Shown here in pieces: positions 25,026 through 37,349 of a stretch of DNA of 64,000 bases (position 1 is the first letter of the stretch; each line of letters starts with the position of its first letter). Origin of the DNA: Trichosphaerium sp. ATCC 40318 (lineage: Eukaryota; Protista; Tubulinea); NCBI GenBank assembly GCA_038496445.1, contig JALMLS010000336.1, positions 124,001-188,000 of the forward strand, read 5' to 3'. The position numbers were made by a program, and so were the translations under genes. The notes under the pieces were generated by a model. That model was given only the letters and a program-made list of their open reading frames with translations, searched no databases and was not told the DNA's origin.

Positions 25026-27288
25026 TTATTTCTTCCCTTTTTGGGTTCTCCTTCGCTTATTTGGTGTTGATTGTTTCTCCTGTGATAACCTACGTTTTCC
25101 TCCCTTTGTACTACGTTCTATTGAGTTGTTTTTAGGAGATGCCGTTTTAGGTTTCTTTAAAATTCCTTTTGGTTTTGTTGGTGTTTTCTTTACAGGTGTT
25201 GTTTTGCCTTTTCCTTGCTTCCCTGGTGATTTCTTGTGGTCTGGAGTTTGCTGTTGTTTCTTTGTATCCTTCTTTGTTCCCTTTTTAGGTTTAGGAGATT
25301 TGCTTTTGCTTGGTGAAGCCTTTTTAGGAGCGTCCAAGTTGCCTTCTATTTCAACTTCAAAATTATGTTCTTGAAGTTTTTTCGATTGTTCAGCGTTCTT
25401 CTTCTTTTTTGGCTTTGTTTTAGATTCTACATCGATATTATTCGTCTCTGAGCTTATTTCAGGTAGACCTAAGTGATGAAGAATTAACAACAAAACAAAG
25501 ACAAAGATCAAGAAGAACTTGAAACTGCAAAGAGGTTGCTCTTTTTTTTTTTCAGTTAATTAAATTCTTCGTTGGTTAAATGTTTGCTAATAGTCAGTGG
25601 TGTCTCAAGACGAAGAAACACCACACTAGGTCAGCAATGTTATGTTGTTTTAATATATCGCTACGCCTTAAATCACTACCATTAACCTCAGGTAGCGATC
25701 CTAATTATGTAGCGAAAAAGGAAAGAAAAAAGTTCTTGGTTTTACTAAAAAAGAAAACAGCAGGGAACAAAAAAAAAGTACCTTGTGTTATTTTTGTACA
25801 TGTGAGACAAGTCAACCTTCCAGGTATGTGTACATCTGCCTGAACAAATATTAGACATATGTAACAATAATGAAAGAATACGTACAACAGGGTATTTAGT
25901 ACTAACATCGAGATCCCAAATTTTCATCTAAGGAAAAGTTAGTTTTTTGGATTTACGGTTTTTCTTGTTTGTTTCTTACTTGTTCATCAGATGACACTGT
26001 TACAATATATTTTTCGTATTTTTTTACTAAATGTTTTGGCTTTTCAATACAAGAGATTCCTTTAATCCTAAAGACAATAAAAGTAAATAAAAAGCAAATC
26101 CATCCAACAAACAAAAAAACAAAAGAAAAAAAATAAACAGTCCAGCTCTTCAATTTCCTTTCATGCGTACCTGTTGGTATAACCCTTTAATATACAAATA
26201 CGTTCTGACTTCTCTATATCCCAAACACTAACACGATCCATTTCTCCACCAGTTACAAGCAATCGCTCCTAAACAGGAAAAAAAAATTAACAAAATTTCA
26301 ATAATTCAAAAAAATAGGAAAAACTCATGGTTAAGTTTCTACGCACGTTGTAGAACTCTATTGCAAGAATTTTATCCCTCTCATTTCCTTCTTCGGTAAT
26401 AATCATATCAATATCACCCTTCCTAGCATCTAGGATGGCAACATCCACCTCTGACACAACAGCAAAGTGAAATCCGTCTGGGGACCATTTTATCAACTCA
26501 CCAACTACAGAAAACGTTAGGATTATGTAGTGCAAGCTCAGACGCCTTTTTCAAGCGTAACAGAAGCATAAAATCAACGTGCCATAACCGAGATTAATAA
26601 CTGCCTCTGGCATGCCGTTTTCAAGGTTCCAGAGCCTTATTTTATTGTCTTTAGCTGTTGTTAGTAGCATACCACCAGAAGGGTGAACAGATAGAGCTAC
26701 AATCGGGTAACTGGACAGAAGAAGTTAGTACCATTTGCGTAAGTGACGCACAGCCTTGATCTACGTACTTTTTGCCTTTTTTTGACAGTTGGATCAGTTT
26801 GTGCCATTCTTTTAATGTTTTGCGTGTGTATATAATTAAATCACCTGCAGATGTACCAACGAACAGATGGGACTCTTTGTACCAATCCATAGCTGTCACT
26901 TTGCCTAATAAATCGTGTTAATTAGAAACCGACTTTTTGGCGCGTTGTTATGCGTATTTACAACGTTCTTCGCGTAACTAACCTGCAAAAGGATTGAATG
27001 AGCGTGCTTCTTTTAATTTTTGAAGGTCATAAACGCTAATATAAGTTAATAACGTCAATAACCCATAGGTACGTGCTTAATTGTCTCATCAAAGCTTCCT
27101 GTAGCTAATAGTCGGCCTGAACTAGCCGCACATGAAATATAACCACCATGAGGGCGATAACACACCACAATTTCGGTATCTAACTTCGCGTCTTTTTCCG
27201 CATTTCCTTGTTGGTTCTCAGCTTTCGGCTCTGATACCTTGACGATCACCAAAGTATGCTCGTAGGTTCCAATAGATGCGTAGAACAT
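25026..27288 (-). CDS. PAK1IP1: WD40 ribosome-biogenesis factor PAK1IP1/Mak11-like with Lys-rich tail
   Basis: N-terminal IGTYEH motif, LATGSFDETI.VYDL, WSPDG, RIKG and IVTVSSD..MKIWD, followed by a basic nucleolar-type tail. Confidence 0.75.
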
Positions 27289-27347
27289 GACGAAGAACGC
27301 TAACCGAACTTAAAGAACAAGTTAAGCCACAAAACCTGCAAATCTTT

Positions 27348-28892
27348 TTATTTATTCATGCTAAGCTCGTCGGTAAACGCGTGAACAGGGAATGGTTGGT
27401 TAAACAATTTGGCAAACTCGCTTCTGTAGCTCTTTTTGGATGCCATGAGCGGTGGTCTACACGTGATTAGAGCTGAAATATTTTTTTGTCAAAAAGTGAA
27501 AATATTTTAAGAACAACAATGTTAGTTTGTGTCCTGTGCTTACCTGACAACCCCCATTTCGAAACCCATGTTGGTAATTGTTTCTTTTAGTCCAGCAAAA
27601 CCAATCTTACCCACAAGATTGTCAATCTTAGCAAGATGGTCTTGAACAATACTTGATTCCACTGACTTGGTCGTTAACTCCAAATGTTTGCATTCTTGCG
27701 GGTACAACTAAGAACGCATTAGCAACTGTAGTACAATAAATTATTGAAACATACGTTAGCAATGCCAAGAATACCTCCTCTTGCACCTGCCTGCATATAA
27801 TCCTGAAGGAGGCTTCCAGAGCCTAGACAATAGACGTAAATGAGTGGAAATTATTTCGAATAAGAATCGTGCCTCCCATTACGCTAAAGTTCTGTCCCTT
27901 TGAGGCCTCAACGTAGGCCTTACATGTATCCAAACTTCCTGTACTGTCTTTAATACCAATAATATTAGGATGAGCTGATAAAGTAGCAACTACTTCTGGA
28001 GATATCTCAACTCCAGTAAACCTTGGGATAGTGTATAACAAAATTGGGATTTTAGTGTTATCAGCAAGCTTAGTGTAATACTCAATGAGTGCATCATCTG
28101 TGAGCTAGTAACCATTAGAATATTGCGTGAATATTTATCAAAAAGTTGCGTCTGATACCCTGATAGTATAGTAGTACGGTGTGATAACCTAAGAGAATAT
28201 TGGTTACGTTGTACAAAAATTGATAATTCGTACCATTGCAATATTGAAACCAAGTGAGTGAGCGTAGTTTGTTAACTCTAGTGTTTCTATATATCCAGCA
28301 GCGCCTGTACCAGCAACAAGACTTTTAGTATTGCCGACAACTTCCTTTTTTCAAACAAAACAAAGTTAGCTGAGCAGTAAAATACGAAATCCAAAACAAA
28401 AAAAAAGACAAGCACGTGATGCATAATAACTCAATTTGGATGTAATTTGAGTCTGGTAGCGTAGAGTAACTGACAATTTTGTAGTCGAGTTTACAACTAA
28501 CGTTTAGCCTCTTGGAATGATTTTCGTACCATTGTTGTGGCGAAAACTTCTTTTCGCTCTTCTAGTGTTTGTAACGCGAATTCTCCATTAGATCCACCAA
28601 TTACAATACCTTGCAAAGTGTTAGCGGTTAGTTTATTGGTTTTTTTGTCCAACCATCAAGTTGGCTTTTCGCTAAATGACGTAGGAAGTTTGCTAGCCAA
28701 TCGTGGCGCACTTCAAGTGTCTTTGGATCAAAAGGTGTAGGTATAGGCGCAAACATGCCAGAAATATGGCGCTTGGCACTGCGAGTGGTGGATTTAGTGC
28801 GCGTAGCCTTATTAGAGTCATTAATGACACGTTTTATACTAAATCCGCACAGTATGCTTGGTAGTACGTGACAGAGAGCGAAACGCCAACAT
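27348..28892 (-). CDS. HOGA1: DHDPS/NAL-family aldolase, HOGA1-like, with mitochondrial presequence
   Basis: MLAFRSLSRTT presequence, PIPTPF, GGSNGEF (HOGA-type rather than GTTGE), VAGTG, ITPYYY, LYTIPRFTG, and the Schiff-base Lys in IGIKDS. Confidence 0.78.
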
Positions 28893-29203
28893 TTGGTGCG
28901 ATTAATGCGAATATAAACGAATCACACCGAATTTCTAAGCCAAGATTGACTTTACACAGTACAAATTACAAGTTCATTTTGCCACACGCTGTACAATACC
29001 ATTTAGGATTTGAACAGAATACTCCGCTAAATAAATACCAAAACGAAAAACAAAAACAAGCAAAGCGCGGGTACGTGGAGTACACTCCAATTGTAAAGCT
29101 TATACCGTTGTGGGCAGTTCCTTAACGCTATTTAACTGAATTCGGCGTTTGCTTCTCTTTATCCCTTATTAATGAAGGTGTAGTACATAAATCCATCAAG
29201 TCC

Positions 29204-32038
29204 ATGCAGCAACCAAACGTTGGCGCTTCGTCACCAACTACACCAACTTGCTACCTATGTGAGGTACTACAATCGCTTTAAACCATCTAGATATTACGTC
29301 ACAATTATGTGGTGTTAAAAATGAGCCTTTTAGAAAGATTTTTGAGCTATTTCTTTTTGGTTTTTTGTATTTTTCTTCTCCACAGCTTTATCCGTGTATT
29401 TCATACCGTAACATATTACACTAGAGAAGTAACTTGCATGAGATGTGTAATGGCTTCAAACCGTGTAATATTTGTATAGCCAACAAAAAGACGCATATGT
29501 GCTGGGGTGTTGGCCTAAGAACGCAGCGATCTATTCAAATGCCGCAAGCAAATGGTAATGTCAACCCTATTTTACCTACAGCACCAGCCGTACGTCTCAA
29601 AGTCTCTCAATATTACTAAATACGCTTTGACATGTTAAATACACGCTAACACGTTTTACAAAGGAAATTGCTAAAAAACGTAAACGGAATAACGGCCAGG
29701 CAGTACCTATACACGTTAATAACGCTAATACACAACCTCCTACAATGTATCAGACGCCTACAATAATACAACCAGAACAGGATCAACAACAGCCAAACAC
29801 GCTTCAGGTACCCTTCAAAACTATACCCCTATATCTCTTCTGTGTAGTGTTAATAAAATTAACGCTTTTCTGTAAAGGCGTACGGCAGGGGGAATACACA
29901 ACAACAGAGCGACCTTGTTGTTATGTTCATGAGGGAGCTAAATAAACTAAAAGACGAGTGCAGGAGGTTAAATGATAAAGTATCAAGAATGGAACTAGAA
30001 AAACAAGCAATGCAGCAAAAGATAAACAAAGCACTTGCTAGACCACAACCACAACAACCTAATATGATAAACCCGGTATGTTTTAAATACTCCCCTTCTT
30101 CACTCAATAACTTTGTGTGATTTTCTTTAAATACTTTTTTGTTAAAACCGTTCAAAACGCCATTTAATTTTTCCGCTTTTTTTGATTTTTTTTTCCACAA
30201 ATCTCCCGCTCCTTTATCTCATCTTTGAAATGGAGTTGACCTATGACAATTAGTCATGACGGATTATGGAACGCTTTTTCGTTATTATAACAGTTTATTT
30301 CGAAAATCTATTGACACTTCATCACGTGCGAATTAAAAACGCATCTCGAGTAAAAATCATTTTGACAAAAAAAAAAAGAAAAAATTCTCTACGTTCTTAG
30401 ACTCTAAGAAATACTATTGTTTCTTCTATAATAGGATCCAACGTATTTTATCATATTTTATAGAAGTGAAAAACGATATTTAGAATGATTTTGAACGCGT
30501 TAATAGTTAACTGTCGCAGAACTTTGTGCTTTTTTTTATTTATTTTTTTTTTAGGCTCAGCCTCACCATGATGGACCTATGGTTGTTTTTGAGTTAGAAT
30601 CAAAGACACCTAGAGTACTAAAGAGTAATGTACAGTTCAATAAGCTATTTGGATATACAGAGAGACAAGTAAAGGGAATGGAGTGGGTTCATTTCATTCA
30701 CCCTGATAATGTTGAAAGAACAATGAAAGTACTAAGAGATCAGTCTTTAACAAAAAAGACGAATCAACAAGTATATACAATAGAGCTACCACAGATATAT
30801 GTTACAGCTTCTGGAGAACAGTTGCACGCTGTGGATTACCATACTTTTTTCATGGGTGCGTCATCATTTAGTCCTCAAACAAGCAGAGGAAAACTCACCG
30901 AACTTTTTTTTTTCAACAAACAAAAAGAGAAAAATTACGTGGCAACTTGCCACTTCTTCAAACAAAAGAATTTTCTTTGTTTTTACGGTGCTTATATTTT
31001 ATACTTTCGAATTTTATCTGAAAGGCATTTTAAGGTTGTCATAGAACTTCATAGTAGTGAAAAACTTATTTTTTTTTCTTGTTTTTTTTTTACATTTCAT
31101 TTTCTGGCTCTTGAACTTTGGAAGGATTTTTGATTAATTATTTTCTTAGGTGCCCATGGACCAATCTTGGATATAGTTCATATTGTTCCTTTGGCAACAC
31201 ATATTGCTAGGCTTAACGGAAGCAACACTAAATATCCTCGAATAGAACACAATACAAACTCCGTAGTAAGTGCTCCAGAAAATGCACCTTACGGTGAGAT
31301 TAGCCCACTGCCTCTTCCTGTACGTTTAATCGCTATTAATCCTTGCAAACAAACATCAAATCGCTCTTTGTAAAAGAAAACATCAATCTCCGAAAAAAAG
31401 CCTTTCTTTCCTTCTAAATATTTAGCTTGCTTATACCTTTAGCTTCGATCTTCTATGGATCTAGAGCTACCTACAGACGACTTAGTACAACCTATTCTTT
31501 CAAGTCACGTACCAGAAGCGAATATTGTAGATAATCTTAACAACCTTAATTTGCGTGCTCCTGTGCCTATACAACAGCAACAACCTAATTTTGATGTTAA
31601 TAATACTCAAAACCGTTTAATCAATACTGAAGTTGGTCCTATCGCTGATAATGGCGATATTGATATGCTTGGAGATCATGGCTTAGCGGTAAGATATTTG
31701 AACGTTTTATCACGTTTTTGTCACGTGTAAAGCAAAAGAAAACACAAAGTCTTTGAGAAAAATAAGGTTTTTTTTGACTTTCGAATTGTCACTTTTCTAT
31801 TTACCCTTGCTCCACAAATACCTTTGAATGCTATTACAGTAGTAATTTTATATGTTATTTACATACTGTGGGTCAAAAAAACAGTAATGGTTCAGAGTAA
31901 TTGGAGTGTAAACATAAAACTTTCTTGCCTTTTTTTTTTTTTGGTTTCGAACACTTCACTTATTTCTTTATCTAGGGTTCATGGGATTTGGGTTATATGG
32001 ATAATACCGCATTTGATTTCAAGTATGAAAATGTTTAG
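29204..32038 (+). CDS. Putative transcription factor: Zn2Cys6-like cluster, coiled coil and PAS domain
   Basis: Spliced CYLC-x8-C-x5-CNIC-x8-C; a heptad segment ELNKLKDECRRLNDKVSRMELEKQ; PAS motif SNVQFNKLFGYTERQVKGMEWVHFIHPDN; Q/P/N-rich linkers. Confidence 0.75.
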
Positions 32039-32314
32039 GCATACATATGACTTGTGTTTTTTTAAAAAAAAGTATTGATTGGCTTGTACAAGGCACTCCA
32101 TTTGTACATTTTGTAATTTTGTTCAAAAAAAAAAAGAAAAACCAAAGAAGAAAACTTTAATTAAAGAGTTTCTTTCCTTCTGGTCCTTCCTTCTTTTACT
32201 CTTTACTCTTTATCCCAGTAACGAGATACTATCTTTGGTATTTTTACTGGCTCCAAAATGTCTACGTTAGTAAACAGTGAGCCTAAACATAAACTTTACA
32301 GATACCACGTGACA

Positions 32315-34180
32315 ATGGGTATTAATCGAGTACTTACTTTACTTATTTGTTTGCTTGTCACAGTACAAGGTACTGACCCGTTTGTACCCCTTTTCGTAAA
32401 TCCATACGATAATTATACTCCCTTTCCTATTCGATCGCATATTTCAATGCGCTAGCGCCGTGTTAAGAAAATTGTCGATGTTTTTTTGGAGTATGAGCTA
32501 AATCACGTGCGTAACAGGTTCTATTCGCTTTCAGAATGGCCAAGACAACTACGATGGTTGTGTTGATACAACATTGCATTCAGAAATGCCTGGCGCTAGT
32601 ATATCTCATGGCCACGAAGAATACCTTACGCTAGAAGATGATACCAATGACCGCTTCGCACTTATTCGTTTCAACACGATTTTGGAACCTGAAGGCAAAA
32701 GCTCTTTATTTTCTTCTATTGTTTACTATTTTTATCAATATGCAAATCTATCGTTGTACTTTATGCTCAGTCTTCTATAGGACCTCTTCCAAAAGCTGTA
32801 AATATTACTAATGCTGTATTGACCTTTTGGAAAGATGGGGATTCGCTCAGTACTTCAGGACTCATGTACAACGTGTTGACAAGTTGGGATCAAAACTCAA
32901 CTTTCTCCAATTTCCCGGCGCAAGCTGGTGTTGGTTATGCGAGAACAAGTTCAGCGTCTCTTAGAACTACAGATTTGACACAAGGGTTTGTTGAAGTTGA
33001 TGTAAAGAAGAGCATAGAGGATTGGATAAGTGGTGATACAAACCTTGGATGGTATATTTTATCATGTACGCTTTTCTGTATGAAAAAAACGCAACTTTCT
33101 CAACTGGCCCACCTTTTGGAATCTGCGTTAAACCCAAGGGACTGCGTGGAAACTTAACTTTAATTGCATATTTGTATAAGCAATTTCTAACAAGGTTTTG
33201 CGAATAGCCACTACTGGAACAACACGCATAGCAAGGTATGTTTGTTCGTATGCAATTTTTATTAAATAACTATGTATTTAGCTCAAATCATTTCAACGTG
33301 TCTAGAAGACCTTCTCTATCCATAGAATATGTGTCTAATCTTCCTCCAAATCCTACACGTGATCCTACCGATGGCGTTCCTACCTCAGCGATATTAAGAG
33401 TAAGCTATTTCAGCTGGAGAATGCATTTCTTATTTTTTTTAAAGGAATGTACAAGTCCACCTCCAATGCCATCTTTCACATGTAGTGATGGCGTATGGAT
33501 ACTAAGAACTACTAAATTAGAAGTTACAGGAACTATGGTATTTAATTCAGATACTGCTATTCAAGGCACGTGTTTATTTGATTAAAAATCAGCTCTATCT
33601 GATGCAAAACCATATAGGCGATTTAATTGTTCCAAGAGGCGCTGAGTTACACTTAAAGGATGCCTCCGTAACTATTAGTAATTGTGCTGTACTGAACGGT
33701 ACTTTGAGGGTTACATTATCTTCACTCTCACAAACAGTGATTAAATTATTTGCCTTTAACTCTCGGTGCTCTACAGGTAACAAGTGAAAGAAAAAAATCC
33801 ATTCATTTGAACTGACATTACTTTTTTTTTAGTGGCATTTGCAGAAACAATCCTGGAGGAAAATGATGGAGATAAAGATATAGTAGGAAGATCTTTCCTG
33901 GTTACTTCTTCAGCTTTTGAAGTTTCTCTACAAACAGAAGAGGTAGATGGTACGTAAAGCAAACATTCACAAAAAAAGAGTTAACTTCTTTTGATTAATT
34001 ATTTTGTTAGAATCTACAAATGTCGCACTAGTGGCCATAATTGTATCAGTTGCTGTTGTTGTATTTATACTTTTCGTGGCTGGATTGGCTGTTATTCTTT
34101 TATACCCACGATATAGAACACGTGTTTTTACTACTCCTCGTGGAGCAGTGAATTCGATTAGACTTACCATACAACCTTAA
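32315..34180 (+). CDS. Single-pass surface protein with DNRLRE/CBM96-like N-terminal domain
   Basis: Signal peptide; FQNGQDNYDGCVDTTL, RFALIRF, ITNAVLTFW, VEVDVKKSIEDWISG..NLGW and RPSLSIEY; then a C..PPP.PSFTCSDGVW module and a TM helix near 34030-34100. Confidence 0.68.
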
Positions 34181-35138
34181 CAAAAGATCCTGTTTTTATT
34201 TTTAGTGTAGTACAAATACAATATCCACTTTTTGATTTAAGTTTGGCTTGTTTATTCTGACTTTGATAGACATTAAAACCAACTAGTTTCCTGTCATCCT
34301 AAAGTAACTTTTTAGTATTGATGTTCAATGACGATGTTTGTTACATGTTCGCTCTCAGCGTCTAGCTACTACTTTACTACTAATACTGCTTAAGTTAACG
34401 TAGATATAATCAACAAGACACTCACTTTTCATAGTAAATACTGTAGGTATGTATGTAAGTATCTCTGGAGTAGAGCTCTTAGAAAATCGGAAATCGACTT
34501 AACTGGTTCGGTTATTTAAGGTTATTGTGAAAAGCAAAAGTTGTTGGGTTCATTGTAAGCCACTAGACGCCTTTTTATACATCCAAACTACTCATACTCT
34601 TAAATAACAACAATCTACAAGTTAAGCGAAAGTGACAAACTATTTTTATTGAGTTGGTTTTTACTAGTAAAGTTTGCCTTGTCCAACGCTGGTAAGCATA
34701 AAAATACGTATGCTTAGTTGCTAAGAAACGAGGTTAACCAGTTTGTAACCGGAAAAGTAAGACCTCTACTCTCTGGAGCAAAGCAATCGAGTGACAGCAT
34801 TGTATTCAAGCTTGTTAAACGACAGTACAATCAATTTCTAACCATTGCATACACTCTGATGTAATAGCAGAATATTCTTTCGCCTAATGATACTGATGAA
34901 GATAATACAGACGCTTTTAATGATATGCTTAGCAATGTCATGAGTATCTTCACATGTCAGTTGCTCTGTACGGAGTATTCCATGACTGAGAATTGATTGA
35001 ATGTTGTTAAATGAAATTTATTGGGTATGTATTGTTTGTTACAACTCCAACTTCGCCTCCCAATAGGCTCTCCGGATACACCTCGAATACTTGTTGTAAG
35101 ATCCAAGTTAGTAGCAGCATTGGTATAAAGCGAGAAAA

Positions 35139-35450
35139 TTATTCATAGAACGAATAGTCATCTCCACCACGAAGGCGAAGTACTAGGTGTAGTGTTGATT
35201 CTTTTTGGATATTGTAGTCCCTTAGGGTGTACCCATCCTCAAGTTCTCTTCCTGCGAAGATAATGCGTTGCTGATCTGGAGGTAAACCTTCTTTGTCTAG
35301 GATAATATGCTTGATATTCTCAATTGTAGCTAATGGATCAACTTCAAGAATGATTGTTTTACCTGTCAGAGTCGCTATGAATATTCGCATCAAAATTTGA
35401 TTAGTTGTCAATGAGGCTACTGGGATTTTATTTTGCACCATTAAGTTCAT
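35139..35450 (-). CDS. Intronless divergent ubiquitin / ubiquitin-like ORF (Ub moiety 35163-35390) with short N- and C-terminal extensions; may be a pseudogene fragment
   Basis: [13 protein letters not shown]...[10 protein letters not shown]...[15 protein letters not shown] followed by DDYSFYE*. Confidence 0.75.
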   Translation of the reverse strand: MNLMVQNKIPVASLTTNQILMRIFIATLTGKTIILEVDPLATIENIKHIILDKEGLPPDQQRIIFAGRELEDGYTLRDYNIQKESTLHLVLRLRGGDDYSFYE

Positions 35451-35860
35451 GGTTTTCAGTTCTGTGATAGCGAGGAAGACTTCATAAAAAACAGTGAAAG
35501 TCTTGTGTACTTCTTGAATTTAATGTCTGACATTATCACTTGTATCGTACAACGCAAGTACAACCGCAATTCTCTTACTTGTCAAGGTCTCAGATTTTGG
35601 CGAGACTTTCCAGGAACTTGAACAAAGTTGAACTAAATCATAGAGACAGACGTCTACACAGTTACCATTCAATCTCGTAAGATTTTGTAAACTCACCTAA
35701 CATTTTTTATGTTTGTACCACTATTTAGCCTAACAGTGTTGTCATAGTATTCACATTGCGTAACATACGCGTAGGAAAGCATTGTATCGCTTCAAGGTAT
35801 GAGAGATATCCTACATAAAAATCTCATACAACTTTTTGATTGCGGTTTGAAACAACGAAA

Positions 35861-35947
35861 CACGTGCAAAATGCTTTCCAAAATATGTGTTTCTCACGTG
35901 ATTGTCTTTTCGGTTTTGCTTCCGCGGAAATGTAAAACTGACACGTG
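35861..35947. promoter_or_regulatory. Cluster of three CACGTG boxes between the divergent ubiquitin-like and F-box-MORN genes
   Basis: CACGTG at 35861, 35895 and 35942. Confidence 0.35.
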
Positions 35948-36116
35948 GTCAAAGTAAAGAATCTCCTTAAGGTTTTTTCTATACATGTTCCGATTCTAAC
36001 ATTGAGCACTGTGACCTTTTTTAACTCTGCCTTTTGTTATTTGAAAGCTCAACTTTTGAAACGCCTTTCTTTGACAAAGTCCGTAGAATTCTTACTTTTT
36101 TCGTAGAAAACAAAAA

Positions 36117-36843
36117 ATGACCGAATTGACTTTGTTGGATCTTCCTTCCGAAATTCAGCAGTATATTTGTACATTCAATGTTGAGGCATTCACAAAATTT
36201 CATACACTATCAAAGAAAGCTGCAATCAACACGCATTTTGATGAAGAATTAGAACCCATGGGTCAATGATATACAACACGGTGAAACCAAAGTATGGTAC
36301 GAAAATGGTAGGCTTAAAGGGTATACCAATTGGATTGACGGTAAAAGACATGGGGAATCTAAAGCATGGTACGAAGATGGACTACTAGGAAGGCAAATTT
36401 CATGGGAAAATGGTAAGAAAAACGGACTAGTCAAAGAGTGGTACAGCAATGGACAACTTCGGACACAAAGCACATGGGTCAATGATATACAACACGGCGA
36501 ATTCAAGGAGTGGTACCATACTGGACAGCTTAAGTTACAAGGAGTGTTCGTTGATGGCAAGCTAAGCGGTAAACCGAAGGAATGGAATCAAAATGGAAAA
36601 TCGGTAAATGAAACAAATCGCAATGTCAATAAATGGTTTGGTCGGCAAAAAACCAATACAAGGCACTTTGGTTTTGGCAAAAACCGAAGAAACAATAACC
36701 AAAGTAGGTCAATGATAAGATTATCCACAACACAGTTGCTGTTGTTTCCTTTACAAATGTTGCACCGTGTATTTTACGCTTGGTCTAGGTACTTTACAAA
36801 CAATTGTTATGCTTTGGTATCGTATTGGTATGGGATGAAATAA
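36117..36843 (+). pseudogene. Intronless F-box + MORN-variant (YwqK-like) repeat gene with a frameshift near 36255
   Basis: ATG 36117 gives MTELTLLDLPSEIQQYICTF (F-box), which stops after 50 codons. The +1 frame continues WVNDIQHGETKVWYENG...GKRHGESKAWYEDG...HGEFKEWYHTG to TAA 36843. Confidence 0.72.
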
Positions 36844-37349
36844 TCTCATGTTAACGAAAATGGATAGTAACATTTTATTTCACAGCTCTTGAACTTACAT
36901 TATCAATAGCTAAAAATTAATAGTGATAGAAGTTATGAAGAATAGGTTTATCACGACGTGGAGCACCCAAAAAATGTTGTACAACTCTTGTGCTAATGCA
37001 ACACGGCGAATTCAAGGAGTGGTACCATACTGGACAGCTTAAGTTACAAGGAGTGTTCGTTGATGGCAAGCTAAGCGGTAAACCGAAGGAATGGAATCAA
37101 AGTGGAAAATCGGTCAATGAAACAAATCGCGATATCAGTAAATGGTTTGGTAGGCAAAAAACCAATGCAAGGCACTTTGGTATTGGCAAAAACAGAAGAA
37201 CCAACCAAAGTAGGTCAATGATAAGATTATCCACAACACAATCGCTGTTAATTCCTTTGCAAATGTTGCACCGTGTATTGTATGCTTGGTCTAGGTACTT
37301 TACAAATACTTGTTATGCTATGGTATCGTATTGGTATGGGATGAAATAA
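36490..37349 (+). repeat. Direct tandem duplication of about 350 bp (36490-36843 and 36999-37349), the 3' end of the MORN gene
   Basis: Both units run from CAACACGGCGAATTCAAGG to GGGATGAAATAA with scattered substitutions and one 3-nt indel. Confidence 0.92.

Noticed and set aside
24952-25374. 140-aa Phe-rich plus-strand ORF
   Set aside because: It is the antisense of the Lys-rich PAK1IP1 tail.
25597-25626. Hairpin (GTGGTGTCTC...GAAACACCAC) in a PAK1IP1 intron, considered as a snoRNA
   Set aside because: It is a single short stem with no convincing H/ACA or C/D boxes.
34838-35020. NIQSILSHGIL downstream of the ubiquitin ORF, resembling an ADP-ribosyltransferase (DarT/PARP-like) motif
   Set aside because: It is one short motif in a start-less frame, with no other ART motifs visible.
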